The notes under the pieces were generated by a model that saw only the letters and a program-made list of their open reading frames with translations, was not told the DNA's origin and ran no database searches. Source: an uncultured Gemmatimonadaceae bacterium (lineage in GTDB: Bacteria > Gemmatimonadota > Gemmatimonadetes > Gemmatimonadales > Gemmatimonadaceae). Taken from it: a DNA stretch of 64,000 nt. The translations under genes were made by a program, and so were the position numbers. Shown here piece by piece: positions 1 to 9,320 of this stretch. The stretch lies in NCBI GenBank assembly GCA_963781585.1, contig CAWAGQ010000010.1:256001-320000 (forward strand), given 5' to 3'. The stretch's first letter is position 1. Each line of letters starts with the position of its first letter.

Positions 1-191
1 TGGAGTCAGGAGACCCACTCGACGAATCGCTGCCGGCGACCGGTACATGGGTGCGGAGCGGGAGCACGATCACGTTCACCGACGCCTCGGACAATTCGAC
101 CTTTACCGCGACGGTGAGCGGAAAGACGATCACGGCCAACGTGGACGCCGGCCTGCCATCGGGACTGCTCGCGCTGCAGTTCACGAAGTAG
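1..191 (+). CDS. 3' end of a hypothetical beta-rich (lipocalin-like) protein, truncated by the window edge
   Basis: Frame from nt 3 reads ESGDPLDESLPATGTWVRSGSTITFTDASDNSTFTATVSGKTITANVDAGLPSGLLALQFTK and stops at TAG 189-191. GTW motif and alternating beta-strand pattern. Confidence 0.6.
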   Translation, partial: ESGDPLDESLPATGTWVRSGSTITFTDASDNSTFTATVSGKTITANVDAGLPSGLLALQFTK

Positions 192-388
192 CCGGAGCCG
201 ATGCGCGGGACCGGTGGCAGCCGGTCCCGCGCGTGCAGCCCCGAAACGTCGACACCGCGTCAATGCGCGAGGGGCTTGCCCAGAACGTCCCGTAGCGCTG
301 TGCGGAGCGGGCCACTGCCTGCAGCAGGCGATAGAGGGTTAACGATGCAGGCTCAGGACCGAGGAACCGTTCCTTGGTCTCACGGCGC

Positions 389-1513
389 TCACCTGACGAT
401 GCGATACACGACCACGGTCTCGACGTCGTCGGCGTTCCGTCGCACGCCCACCGCGTAGTCGTCGTCGATGTCGAAGAGCCGGACGCCGGGCGGGCTCTGC
501 AGCCGCCTGACGATTCGTCCGGTGGCGTCGAGGGCGGCGTACGGCACGCCTCCGAGATTGGCATCCTCGCGATACTGCTCCACCCACACGAGACCGGAGC
601 GGCCCGGAAGCAGTCGCGAGAGTGCGGGAGCCATGTCCTTCCGCTTCGAGACATCGTAGATCAGCCGCAGGCGGTCGCTGCCGGCGGCGGTTCGCGCGGA
701 GGCCAGGATGCGATCCCGTGCACGCCGCGCGTCGTCCGGCGCGAACGGCCGGTGTGGAAACGGGACGGGAATCCGTGTCGCCAGGGAGCCATTCGCATCG
801 TAGACGAGGATCTCCTCGCTCTCCGGGATGCCGACCCAGATCCGACTCCCGATCGCCAGAAACGCGGTCCACGGGCGCAATCGATCCAGGGTGCTCTGCA
901 TACGGGCACTGCCCGGATCGCGGATCGCGAGGTAGGGGACATTCGGGAACCGTCCGATCGTGCGGATCGTCGTTGAGTCGTCTCGCCAAATCCCAACGGT
1001 CGTGGTGTCGCGAAAGAGGGGCTCCTCGCCGGGCTGAGGGAACGGCTGCACCGTGTACGCCAGCCAGCTATGGCCGGAGAGGTGTCCGATGATGGCCATG
1101 CGACCGGGCGCGCCCGTCGGCGCAAACGGAGCGGTGGTCACGTGATCGGCACGCATGTCGAAGACGGTGATGCGGGTGAGCCCGAAGTCGTACGCGAAGA
1201 GGGAGTCGCCCGACTGGCCGAACCAGTAGGGGAACGAGAGCTCTCCGGGACCGCTGCCGCGCCGCGCCACCAGTCGTTCGAATTCTCCCCCGGCCGAGAA
1301 AAGGCGAATCTCGGGAGGCATTACGTTGACCACTGCAATCTCGCCACTCGACAGTCGCGTCACGCCGACCACGTCATTGAACTGGGAGGACGGATCCGCG
1401 CCCTCGCCGATGGTGACGACCGGGTCGGCGCCGAGGGTCAGCGTCTGCGCACCGGACGTGGTCATGGCTACGAGGAGACTTCCCACTATCACACTCAAAA
1501 GACCAGTCTTCAT
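389..1513 (-). CDS. Secreted 6-bladed beta-propeller protein
   Basis: Start trimmed to ATG 1513 (MKTGLLSVIVGSLLVAMTTSGAQ, signal peptide). Contains RRGSGPGEL motif and C-terminal GVRRNADDVETVVVYR typical of this family. Confidence 0.8.
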   Translation of the reverse strand: MKTGLLSVIVGSLLVAMTTSGAQTLTLGADPVVTIGEGADPSSQFNDVVGVTRLSSGEIAVVNVMPPEIRLFSAGGEFERLVARRGSGPGELSFPYWFGQSGDSLFAYDFGLTRITVFDMRADHVTTAPFAPTGAPGRMAIIGHLSGHSWLAYTVQPFPQPGEEPLFRDTTTVGIWRDDSTTIRTIGRFPNVPYLAIRDPGSARMQSTLDRLRPWTAFLAIGSRIWVGIPESEEILVYDANGSLATRIPVPFPHRPFAPDDARRARDRILASARTAAGSDRLRLIYDVSKRKDMAPALSRLLPGRSGLVWVEQYREDANLGGVPYAALDATGRIVRRLQSPPGVRLFDIDDDYAVGVRRNADDVETVVVYRIVR

Positions 1514-1581
1514 GGACGAATCCTCGCTGTGCGGCCTGATCTCCTGCGGATGGAACGGACAAGACGAATGACGCGTATCGA

Positions 1582-1682
1582 GCGGTAAAGGGATAAAGCG
1601 GATAAAGCGGATAAAGCGGATAAAGCGGCTAAAGGGAAAAGCGGATAAAGCGGATAAAGCGGATGCGGCGGATAGAGCTGAT
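1582..1682 (+). repeat. Tandem 9-bp repeat GCGGATAAA (about 10 units, some degenerate)
   Basis: Directly visible between two divergent genes. Confidence 0.9.
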
Positions 1683-1729
1683 CGCTCAGAGCTGACAACT
1701 GATATGACTACTAACCGAGGTTCCTTCGA

Positions 1730-2209
1730 ATGATCATCGGGATGCATGTCCTGGTGTACTCGCGCAAGGCCGACGAGGCGCGCGCCTTCTTCCGTGACAT
1801 ACTGGACCTGCCGTGCGTGGACGCGGGCGAGGGATGGCTCATCTTCAAGGCGCCACCGGCGGAGCTCGCTGTCCATCCTGCCGGTGCAGACGAGGCGACG
1901 GAGTCATCCGACGACATCGGGTGCGACCTGTATCTGATGTGCGATGACATTCGCGCCACGATCGACCAGCTCCGGAAGAAGGGAGTGGAGATCACGCGCG
2001 AAGTCACGGACCAGGGGTACGGGCTGTTCACCGCGCTGCGATTCCCCGGGGGCGGCAATCTCGGCTTGTACGAACCGCGTCACCCGACGGCGTTGCGTCT
2101 TGCGGCGGCTCCGACGCTCAGGAAACGGGCCTCGGCGCGGCGTTCCGTCACGGCGAAGCGCGGGGCACGTAAGGTCCCGAGGAAGTCGGCGAAGAAACGA
2201 AGGCGATAA
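1730..2209 (+). CDS. VOC/glyoxalase (extradiol dioxygenase-like) family protein with a basic C-terminal tail
   Basis: HVLVYS..ADEARAFFRDIL, DAGEGWLIF, LYLMCDDI, DQGYG, LGLYEPRHP motifs. Lys/Arg-rich tail. Confidence 0.85.
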   Translation: MIIGMHVLVYSRKADEARAFFRDILDLPCVDAGEGWLIFKAPPAELAVHPAGADEATESSDDIGCDLYLMCDDIRATIDQLRKKGVEITREVTDQGYGLFTALRFPGGGNLGLYEPRHPTALRLAAAPTLRKRASARRSVTAKRGARKVPRKSAKKRRR

Positions 2210-2262
2210 ACGGCTCGATTGCCTGTGCGCCGCCCCCCTGAGAGCTTTCGGAGGAGCCGACC

Positions 2263-3318
2263 ATGTACGCGACCTGTCTCTTCTGCAACGGCGCGCTCGG
2301 AGCGAACGAGGCCCTCGAGACCTTCCCCGTGGGTCAGCGCCTGGCGTTCGACACCGCGAGAGGACGCCTCTGGGTGGTGTGTCCGCGGTGCGAGCGCTGG
2401 AACCTCACGCCCCTCGAGGAGCGATGGGAGGCGATCGAGCAGGCGGAGAAGCTCTATCGCGACACACGCCGCCGCGTCGCGACCGACAATATCGGCTTGG
2501 CCAAGCTCCGTGACGGAACGACGCTGGTGCGCATCGGGGAACCACTCCGTCCAGAGTTTGCCGCGTGGCGGTACGGTGACCAGTTCGGGCGGCGACGGCG
2601 GCGACAGGCACTGATCGTCGCGGGTGGGATCGCCGGCCTGGGCGCGCTTGTGGTAGGTGGCGCCGTGGCCGGAGCGGGCATTGGTGGGTTCGGATGGATC
2701 ATCGCGCAATCCGGATCGCGGATTGTCTCCGGTAGTCCCGAGCGCGTGGTGGCGAGGATCAGGACGGAAGATGGGCGGGTGCTGTCGGTGCGGCGACGGC
2801 ACCTCGGGGAGACTGTTCTATCCCGTGCAGACGACGGTTCACTGGCGCTCGATCTGCGCTTCAAGAACGGCAAGGCACGGTTCGAGGGGAAGGAGGCACA
2901 GCGCATCGCGTCGATCGTGGTGCCCAAGGTCAATCGCTTCGGTGGGAACAAGCGTGCGGTCGCGGATGCGGTGCAGGAAATCGAGGCCATGGGCAGCGCT
3001 GAGGGATTCCTCGACCGGCTGACACAAACGTCGCACATCTACACTCGAGCCCTGGTGCCGCCGCGGAGGTCGTGGTTCCGCGACAACTCCAGCAACTTCA
3101 CGAAGCACGGTCTGTACGGCCTGCCCGGACCCCAGCGCCTGGCGCTCGAGATGGCGCTGCACGAGGAGGCCGAGCGGCGGGCCATGCAGGGCGAGCTCAT
3201 GGAACTCGAGACCGCGTGGCGCGACGCCGAGGAGATCGCGGCGATCTCGGATGATCTTCTGTTGCCCGCCGGCATAGACGCGGCGATTCGCAGGATGAAG
3301 GAGACGGGGACGGGCTGA
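2263..3318 (+). CDS. Conserved hypothetical membrane protein with an N-terminal CxxC..CxxC zinc ribbon
   Basis: CLFC and CPRC motifs, central hydrophobic segment, GGAGGAG RBS before ATG 2263. Confidence 0.75.
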   Translation: MYATCLFCNGALGANEALETFPVGQRLAFDTARGRLWVVCPRCERWNLTPLEERWEAIEQAEKLYRDTRRRVATDNIGLAKLRDGTTLVRIGEPLRPEFAAWRYGDQFGRRRRRQALIVAGGIAGLGALVVGGAVAGAGIGGFGWIIAQSGSRIVSGSPERVVARIRTEDGRVLSVRRRHLGETVLSRADDGSLALDLRFKNGKARFEGKEAQRIASIVVPKVNRFGGNKRAVADAVQEIEAMGSAEGFLDRLTQTSHIYTRALVPPRRSWFRDNSSNFTKHGLYGLPGPQRLALEMALHEEAERRAMQGELMELETAWRDAEEIAAISDDLLLPAGIDAAIRRMKETGTG

Positions 3319-3357
3319 ACCTGGTGCGGTGGACCCGGTGAAGGGCGCCGATGCCTT

Positions 3358-3702
3358 CTAACTGGCCTGCTGTTTCCGGCGGTACATCCAGCTCACGAGA
3401 AAGAGCGCGCCGATGAGGAACAACGGACCCGAGATTACCGGAATCCATCTCGGATGGTCGAGACTCGACAGCAGATAGGCCAGACCCAGTCCACCGAACA
3501 GGATAATCCCGGTCCACTCCCAGCGCCACGCGACCACCAGGGCCACCAGCGCGACGGCGGCGGGGATGAGATGCATGGCGAGTGCGGTCAACGTTTCCCC
3601 GAGCCCGGAGTATTCGCCGAACACATCCAGCGAAAAGACTGCAAGGAACGTGACGAACAGCAGTCCCAGTGTCCGCGGCAGCCAGAGCAGAGAACGATTC
3701 AC
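3358..3702 (-). CDS. Small four-TM membrane protein
   Basis: GTG 3702 with a GAGGT RBS. WLPRTLGLLF..FSLDVF..MHLIP..AWRWEWTG hydrophobic pattern. Confidence 0.7.
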   Translation of the reverse strand: MNRSLLWLPRTLGLLFVTFLAVFSLDVFGEYSGLGETLTALAMHLIPAAVALVALVVAWRWEWTGIILFGGLGLAYLLSSLDHPRWIPVISGPLFLIGALFLVSWMYRRKQQAS

Positions 3703-3817
3703 GACCGCACCTCGATCGACGATTGTCGAAGTTTTGATGAGGACTGCGCCGTCCCCGTTCCGCACGGGTGTCCAGCCAGTCAGATTGCCGTTTACATCCT
3801 TGAGATACGGAGCTTCC

Positions 3818-5041
3818 ATGCGCGGTGTTTCGGTTCTGGTGGGTCTGGGCGCGATACTCCTCATTGGCAGCGGCGCGGGATCGCAGCCGCCCAGCGGTGG
3901 CCGCCAGGGCGGGCGGGGCGGACGGGGCACGGCGATCCAGCCCGGAGAATCCTGCCCGGCTGGCATGACCGAGATCCGGCCTCGCCGGTGCATGGCCCCG
4001 GAGTTCCCGGTGCCCAGCATCGTGGACTATCGTCCGCGCTCGACGCTCGTGACGCCGGTGCACATGGTGAAGACCGCGAAGTATCCGGCGATCGACTTTC
4101 ACGGGCACCCGCAGGGCCTGCTCAGTTCGACCGACGGCCTGGCGACGCTCGGCGCGGCCCTCGACAGCCTGAACGTTCGGCTCATGGTCTCGGCCGACAA
4201 CCTGTCGGGCGAGCGGCTGCAGCGCGCGCTGGACGCGATCAAGACATCGCCAGAGAAGGATCGCGTCCGCGTACTGGCGGGCATCGACTTCCGCAACGTG
4301 GGGTCGGGATGGGCGGAAAAGGCGGTCGCCCAGCTGGACGCGGATATCGCTGCCGGCGCCGTGGGCGTTGGGGAGATTTCGAAGAGCCTGGGGCTGTCGA
4401 TCCGCAAGCCCGACGGCTCCCGCCTTCGCATCGACGACCCCGAGCTCGATCCGATCTGGGACGAGTGCGCGCGACTCGGCATCCCCGTCTTCATTCACAC
4501 CGCCGACCCGGAGCAGTTCTTCGAGCCGATCGACTACAGCAACGAGCGCTGGCTCGAGCTGTCACTGTTCTCCGACCGTCGTTATCCGCCCGACAAATAT
4601 CCGCGGTTCGACGAGCTGATGACGGAGCGCGACAACCTGTTCCGCAAGCATCCGAAGACGACGTTCGTGGCCGCGCACATGGGCTGGTACGCCAACGACC
4701 TGGCGCGCCTGGGGAAGCTGCTGACGGAGATGCCTAACGTGTACACCGAGGTCGGGGCGGTGCTGTACGACATCGGGCGGCAGCCGCGCGCCGCCCACGA
4801 CTTCTTCGTCAGGTTCCAGGATCGGATCCTGTTCGGGAAGGACTCGTTCCAGCCCGAGGAGTATCCGTACTACTGGCGTGTGTTCGAGACGGCCGACGAG
4901 TACTTCGACTACTACCGGGACTATCACGCGTTCTGGAAGCTGTACGGCATCGATCTGCCCGACAGCGTGCTGAAGAAAGTCTACTATCAGAACGCGCTCA
5001 AGATCACGCGGAGGCTGCCCCAGGCAGGGTGGCCGAAGTAG
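3818..5041 (+). CDS. Secreted amidohydrolase (Amidohydro_2 family)
   Basis: Signal peptide from ATG 3818. IDFHGH, FIHTADP, AAHMGW and ILFGKD metal-site motifs. Confidence 0.85.
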   Translation: MRGVSVLVGLGAILLIGSGAGSQPPSGGRQGGRGGRGTAIQPGESCPAGMTEIRPRRCMAPEFPVPSIVDYRPRSTLVTPVHMVKTAKYPAIDFHGHPQGLLSSTDGLATLGAALDSLNVRLMVSADNLSGERLQRALDAIKTSPEKDRVRVLAGIDFRNVGSGWAEKAVAQLDADIAAGAVGVGEISKSLGLSIRKPDGSRLRIDDPELDPIWDECARLGIPVFIHTADPEQFFEPIDYSNERWLELSLFSDRRYPPDKYPRFDELMTERDNLFRKHPKTTFVAAHMGWYANDLARLGKLLTEMPNVYTEVGAVLYDIGRQPRAAHDFFVRFQDRILFGKDSFQPEEYPYYWRVFETADEYFDYYRDYHAFWKLYGIDLPDSVLKKVYYQNALKITRRLPQAGWPK

Positions 5042-5104
5042 GCCAAAGGCCAAGCAGGGTCAAAGACCAAGGTCAAAGGCCAGGGTCAAAGGCCAAAGGT
5101 CAAA
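5041..5104 (+). repeat. Degenerate heptamer tandem repeat GG(C/T)CAAA
   Basis: About 9 imperfect units immediately after the stop codon. The same unit recurs at 38327-38377. Confidence 0.8.
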
Positions 5105-5176
5105 CTCGTCGGGGATTCCTTTACGCGGCCCAGCAGAAACCACCTGGCAAACTTCCTCGCATCCCCGACGTGAGAA

Positions 5177-5192
5177 GCATCGGCGCCGATGC
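5177..5192. promoter_or_regulatory. Perfect 16-bp palindrome GCATCGGCGCCGATGC upstream of nirK, candidate operator
   Basis: Self-complementary, about 45 bp upstream of ATG 5237. The 12-bp core recurs at 58295-58306 upstream of ccoNO. Confidence 0.5.
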
Positions 5193-5236
5193 ATCATGCC
5201 TTCCGAGAATGGTCCCTTCGCAACTCGGAGGTCACG

Positions 5237-6274
5237 ATGGTCTCCCGCAGGATTCTGCTTGTTGCCCTCGGCGCGGCGGCGCTTGGCGCGGGCGCGGTGG
5301 CGCTGGTGGCGGCGCAACACAGCGATCGCGTCGACGTCATCAACTTTGACAGCAGCGTTCGCGCCACAGTGCCGGCATACGATGCGCGCGTACAACCGGT
5401 CGGCCGCGCAAACGTTCACGAGTTTCGCATCCCGATCAAGGACGCCACGCTCGAGATAGCCAGCGGCGCCACTTATCAGGGATGGACCTTCGGTGGTACG
5501 GTACCGGGACCGGTGCTCCGCGTGCGCGAGGGCGATCGCGTGAAAGTGAAGGTCGTGAACGAGTCGCCAATGGTTCACTCGATCGACTTTCACGCGGCGC
5601 AGATCCCGTGGAACGTTGCCTATCGCTCCATCAATCCGCGGGATTCGCTGAGCTTCGAGTTCACGCCGCGCTACGCGGGCGTGTTCATGGTCCACTGCGG
5701 CACGCCTCCCGTCACCATGCACATCATGCAGGGGATGTACATGGCCATCATCGTCGATCCGAAGAACGGATGGCCCACGAAGGCCGACAAGGAATTCGTG
5801 ATCGTCCAGAGCGAGTTCTACGCGCAGCCGGGCGACACGACCAGCGTGAGCGGGACGGTGACGCCGCCGATGCAACCCGATTGGCGTGCGGCCATGGCGA
5901 AGAACGCCACCTACGTCGTGTTCAATGGGCGCGCGCTGCAGTACAAGGACCATCCGCTCCGGGTCGACGTCGGCGACCGCGTGCGGTTCTTCGTGGTGAA
6001 CGCCGGCCCCAGTCTGAACAGTGACTTTCACATCGTCGGGGCGATTTTCGATCGCGTCTATCCCGATGGTGACGCCGGACGACCCCTGGAGGGAGTGCAG
6101 ACGTACATGGTGCCGGCCGGCGGTGGTGCCGTGTTCGAGGCGGTCTTCGACCGGGACGGGAGTGGTGAAGGTCTGTATCCATTCGTGACCCACAGTTTTG
6201 CCGATGCCGAGAAGGGTGCGATGGGCTTCATCCAGGTGGGAGGGCCCAAGCTGATCGCCGGCGCATCGCGGTAG
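5237..6274 (+). CDS. nirK: Copper-containing nitrite reductase (two-domain multicopper oxidase)
   Basis: GGAGG RBS and signal/Tat-like N-terminus. HSIDFH, MVHCGTPPVTMHIMQGM, DFHIVG and YPFVTH supply the type 1 and type 2 Cu ligands and the catalytic Asp/His of NirK. Confidence 0.85.
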   Translation: MVSRRILLVALGAAALGAGAVALVAAQHSDRVDVINFDSSVRATVPAYDARVQPVGRANVHEFRIPIKDATLEIASGATYQGWTFGGTVPGPVLRVREGDRVKVKVVNESPMVHSIDFHAAQIPWNVAYRSINPRDSLSFEFTPRYAGVFMVHCGTPPVTMHIMQGMYMAIIVDPKNGWPTKADKEFVIVQSEFYAQPGDTTSVSGTVTPPMQPDWRAAMAKNATYVVFNGRALQYKDHPLRVDVGDRVRFFVVNAGPSLNSDFHIVGAIFDRVYPDGDAGRPLEGVQTYMVPAGGGAVFEAVFDRDGSGEGLYPFVTHSFADAEKGAMGFIQVGGPKLIAGASR

Positions 6275-6302
6275 CCCGTGGTGACGCGGGGAGGGTCATA
6301 TC

Positions 6303-6989
6303 ATGCGTCGTGATCCCGGAGTCGGGGCCGCCGTGCCGCGAGCGATCATGGGCTTTCATCAGGATGAGGAGAGCCAGTGGGTGGCTGACCTCGAGTGTGG
6401 CCACACCCAGCACGTGCGGCATGATCCTCCCTGGCAGAGCCGGTCATGGGTGACCACGGCCGGTGGACGCGCCACGCGCATCGGAACCTCGCTCGAATGC
6501 GTTACCTGCGTGACGGAATCGGCCGACGCGGCGAGCCGGGTGATGGACGCGCTGCGCCGGATCGTTCGCGCGCTCCGCGCATCGAGCAGCGCGAGTGAAC
6601 AGCGTCTTGGGGTGTCGTCCGCGCAGCTGTTCGTGCTGCGACAGATCGTAACGAATCCCGGGACCTCGGTCGGCGAGCTGGCCGCACGCACCCTGACGTC
6701 GCAGAGCTCCGTCTCCGAGGTGGTCGCGCGGCTTGTCGCTCGCGGTCTGGTGGATCGGCGCGCCTCACCCGACGATCGCCGCCGCACGGAATTGCTCGCC
6801 AACCCGCAGGCGAAAGTGGTTCTTCACGACGCGGCTGACACGGCGCAGGAGCGGTTGATCGCCGGCCTCGCCACGCTTCCGTCGGAGGACCGTGCGGCAC
6901 TTGTTCGTACAATGGAGGCGTGGCTCGCCGCGTCCGATTTGCACGCCGTGCCGCCCACGATGTTCTTCGAACCCGAAGACGGAACGTGA
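6303..6989 (+). CDS. DUF3565-MarR fusion transcriptional regulator (start may be GTG 6333)
   Basis: N-terminal GFHQDEESQWVADLECGHTQHVRHDPPW..CVTC (DUF3565-like). C-terminal winged helix SQSSVSEVVARLVARGLV..DDRRR (MarR). Confidence 0.75.
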   Translation: MRRDPGVGAAVPRAIMGFHQDEESQWVADLECGHTQHVRHDPPWQSRSWVTTAGGRATRIGTSLECVTCVTESADAASRVMDALRRIVRALRASSSASEQRLGVSSAQLFVLRQIVTNPGTSVGELAARTLTSQSSVSEVVARLVARGLVDRRASPDDRRRTELLANPQAKVVLHDAADTAQERLIAGLATLPSEDRAALVRTMEAWLAASDLHAVPPTMFFEPEDGT

Positions 6990-7052
6990 TTCTGTCCGCT
7001 CGGTCGACAATGGCCAGTACATGCGGGAGACTTGATTCCCACCACGTCCGGG

Positions 7053-8399
7053 TCAGGGCGGGAGCGGCACCGCCAACAGAACCGGTGCCATGAGTCGCGC
7101 GCCAGGCTTGAGTACGCCGTCGTCGCGGTACTTCTCCCAGTGGCTGTTCGCGACGTATACGAATTCGCCGTTGACCACCGCACCGATGGTGGGTTCGTCG
7201 GCCACTGCCAGGTTGCGATCGAGGACGTCGGAACGGGTGATGCGCGTACCAGCCGGGTCGAGCACGAATCGCACGATCCGCGGCGGAATGACGCCGTTCT
7301 GGACCGCGATGATCGTGCCCCGGTCCCAGGCAATCCCGTCGCAACCGAGAGAAGTGGAATGCGGCGCGTCGTCGAGCCGGATCACGTCGCCCGATCGGAG
7401 ATCCACGCGCAGCAACCCGTGTGAGTAGTCGGCCAGATAGAGGAAGCGGCCGTCTGGTGTGGGCGCCAGTCCCTGCAGAGAGCGAAAGAGCGGACTGCGG
7501 ATGGCCTCGAGCGTGTCGGCGTCCGGGCGCAGGCGGTACAGCACCGGGTCGTCGGAGTCGGTCGTGAACACATCGCCATTCGGGCCCAGCGCCAGGTCGC
7601 CAAGGACATGGTGTGCCCCGGCGGGCAAGTCGAATCGCTGCTCGATGCGACCGGTTGACGGATCTACGCGCACCAGGGCGGCGATCGTCGAGTCGGCCGG
7701 CAGATAGCCGTCCATCTGTGGAATGCCCGCGAGGGTGGCCCACAGCGCGTCCCGCAGGGTGTCCACGCGTACGCCGAGGACCGCCCCGATGCCTGCGCGA
7801 TTGCGCGGCCAGAGTTCGCGCGCCGGGCCTTCCGGCATCACCACGGCGATCGTGCGATGTCGCACGCTGGCCACGAAGAAGCGTCCGCTGCGCGGGTCCG
7901 CGTCCATTCCTTCCGGCCAGAACGTCGGGTCTGCGAGGCGTGCGCGAATCCGGCTCCGCACGATGGGCTCGCGATTGGCGTCGAGTTGGGCCACCACTGG
8001 TGCGAATTCCGGACGGCCCAGGTAGGCAGTCAGGGCGGCGTCGGCGTGCGCATCGCGTCCGAGGCCTAACGCCGCATACGCGGAGAGCGCCTCGAGCACC
8101 GCGGCCGTGTCCCCGCCGAGCGCCGCGGCGTCGGCGCGACCCCAGACGTACGCCTGCTGCGTCGGCCAGGCCGCCGCGGCGCGGTCGAGTTCCCGTCGCG
8201 CGGAGGCCACGTCACGCGCCTGCAGGTCCTTGCGGCTCCGCGCCCATGCGGCACGGGCGACCGCCGCCGATTCCGCAGGGGCGGCCACATCCGGTTGCTG
8301 CGCCTTCAGCGGTGCGCCGAGCCATGCCAGGACGGCGAGACTCGCGCCCCGGGCATAACGCGATCCCGGGAACACGTCAGCGTATCGGAAACTGGGCAT
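7053..8399 (-). CDS. Secreted SMP-30/gluconolactonase-like beta-propeller with an N-terminal helical region
   Basis: FWPEGMDAD, SLQGLAPTPDGRFLYLADYSHG, LGCDGI, DEPT and FVYVANSHW motifs. Confidence 0.75.
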   Translation of the reverse strand: MPSFRYADVFPGSRYARGASLAVLAWLGAPLKAQQPDVAAPAESAAVARAAWARSRKDLQARDVASARRELDRAAAAWPTQQAYVWGRADAAALGGDTAAVLEALSAYAALGLGRDAHADAALTAYLGRPEFAPVVAQLDANREPIVRSRIRARLADPTFWPEGMDADPRSGRFFVASVRHRTIAVVMPEGPARELWPRNRAGIGAVLGVRVDTLRDALWATLAGIPQMDGYLPADSTIAALVRVDPSTGRIEQRFDLPAGAHHVLGDLALGPNGDVFTTDSDDPVLYRLRPDADTLEAIRSPLFRSLQGLAPTPDGRFLYLADYSHGLLRVDLRSGDVIRLDDAPHSTSLGCDGIAWDRGTIIAVQNGVIPPRIVRFVLDPAGTRITRSDVLDRNLAVADEPTIGAVVNGEFVYVANSHWEKYRDDGVLKPGARLMAPVLLAVPLPP

Positions 8400-9174
8400 T
8401 CGTGTCGTGGGCCGCGTTTTGCAGCAGTCGCACGGTCGCCTCCGGAACGCCAAGCGTGTGCCCGGCGACCACCGCCTGACCCGGGAGATCGCGCGCGTCG
8501 TGACCCGTGATGCGCTCGTACATCACCAGCGCGACGAGATAGGTGGCGAGCGGCGTAGGGTGAAAGCCGTCAGCTGAATAGAAGGCCAGCGTAGGGTCCT
8601 TCGCCCACGCGGTCAGCCACGCCTGGCCTGCCGGGATGAACAGCCCATCCACCGAATCCGCCGCCTGCTGATACGAGATGCGCACATCGTCGAAGAAGGC
8701 GAGGCGGTCCACCGATGGCCACACCATGTAGAGCGCGGGAACTGCGCCAACCTGCCGGATGAACGGATCAAAGGCCTCGGTCCAGAGAATGAGGGAATCG
8801 CGATTCACCTGCAGCGACGACGGCCCCTGCTGGAGGATGACGTACTCCCAGCCGCCCTGACCGATCGCTGCGAGCGCATCGCCGCTCATCAGGTGGTCGA
8901 GGAGCGCGTAGTCCGGCTCCGCCACCTCTGCGGCAACCACCGTATCGCCGGCTGATGCAGCCAATCGAGCCAGCGTGCCGGGCAGATCGTTCACGTAGGT
9001 GAGCGAGTTCCCGATGAACAGCACGTGATGCCCGCCCTTCGGGAGGGCACCGACCGGATCCTTGCCACCGAGGCAACCGGCCGTGAGGACCAGGGCCGCG
9101 CACAACGCGAGCGCTCCCGCGAAGAAGCGCGGGGGGCCCGCGGTGGGTCGCGACAACGAGTCGACGGACGACAT
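8377..9174 (-). CDS. SGNH/GDSL hydrolase family lipoprotein
   Basis: Lipobox LTAGC. VLFIGNSLTY, WEYVILQQ and DGFHP motifs. Confidence 0.8.
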   Translation of the reverse strand: MSSVDSLSRPTAGPPRFFAGALALCAALVLTAGCLGGKDPVGALPKGGHHVLFIGNSLTYVNDLPGTLARLAASAGDTVVAAEVAEPDYALLDHLMSGDALAAIGQGGWEYVILQQGPSSLQVNRDSLILWTEAFDPFIRQVGAVPALYMVWPSVDRLAFFDDVRISYQQAADSVDGLFIPAGQAWLTAWAKDPTLAFYSADGFHPTPLATYLVALVMYERITGHDARDLPGQAVVAGHTLGVPEATVRLLQNAAHDTNAQFPIR

Positions 9175-9320
9175 GCTCAACGCTGTCGGAAGGCTTCCGC
9201 GGCGACCAAGCAGGGAGGGTCGACGTGCGGTTGCGCCGGGACGATCCGCATGTTTGTGTCGCGGCCGGGCGAGACGCGCAGGTCGCGATCGCAACCGGAC
9301 CGATCGCGTGTTTGCCGCTC

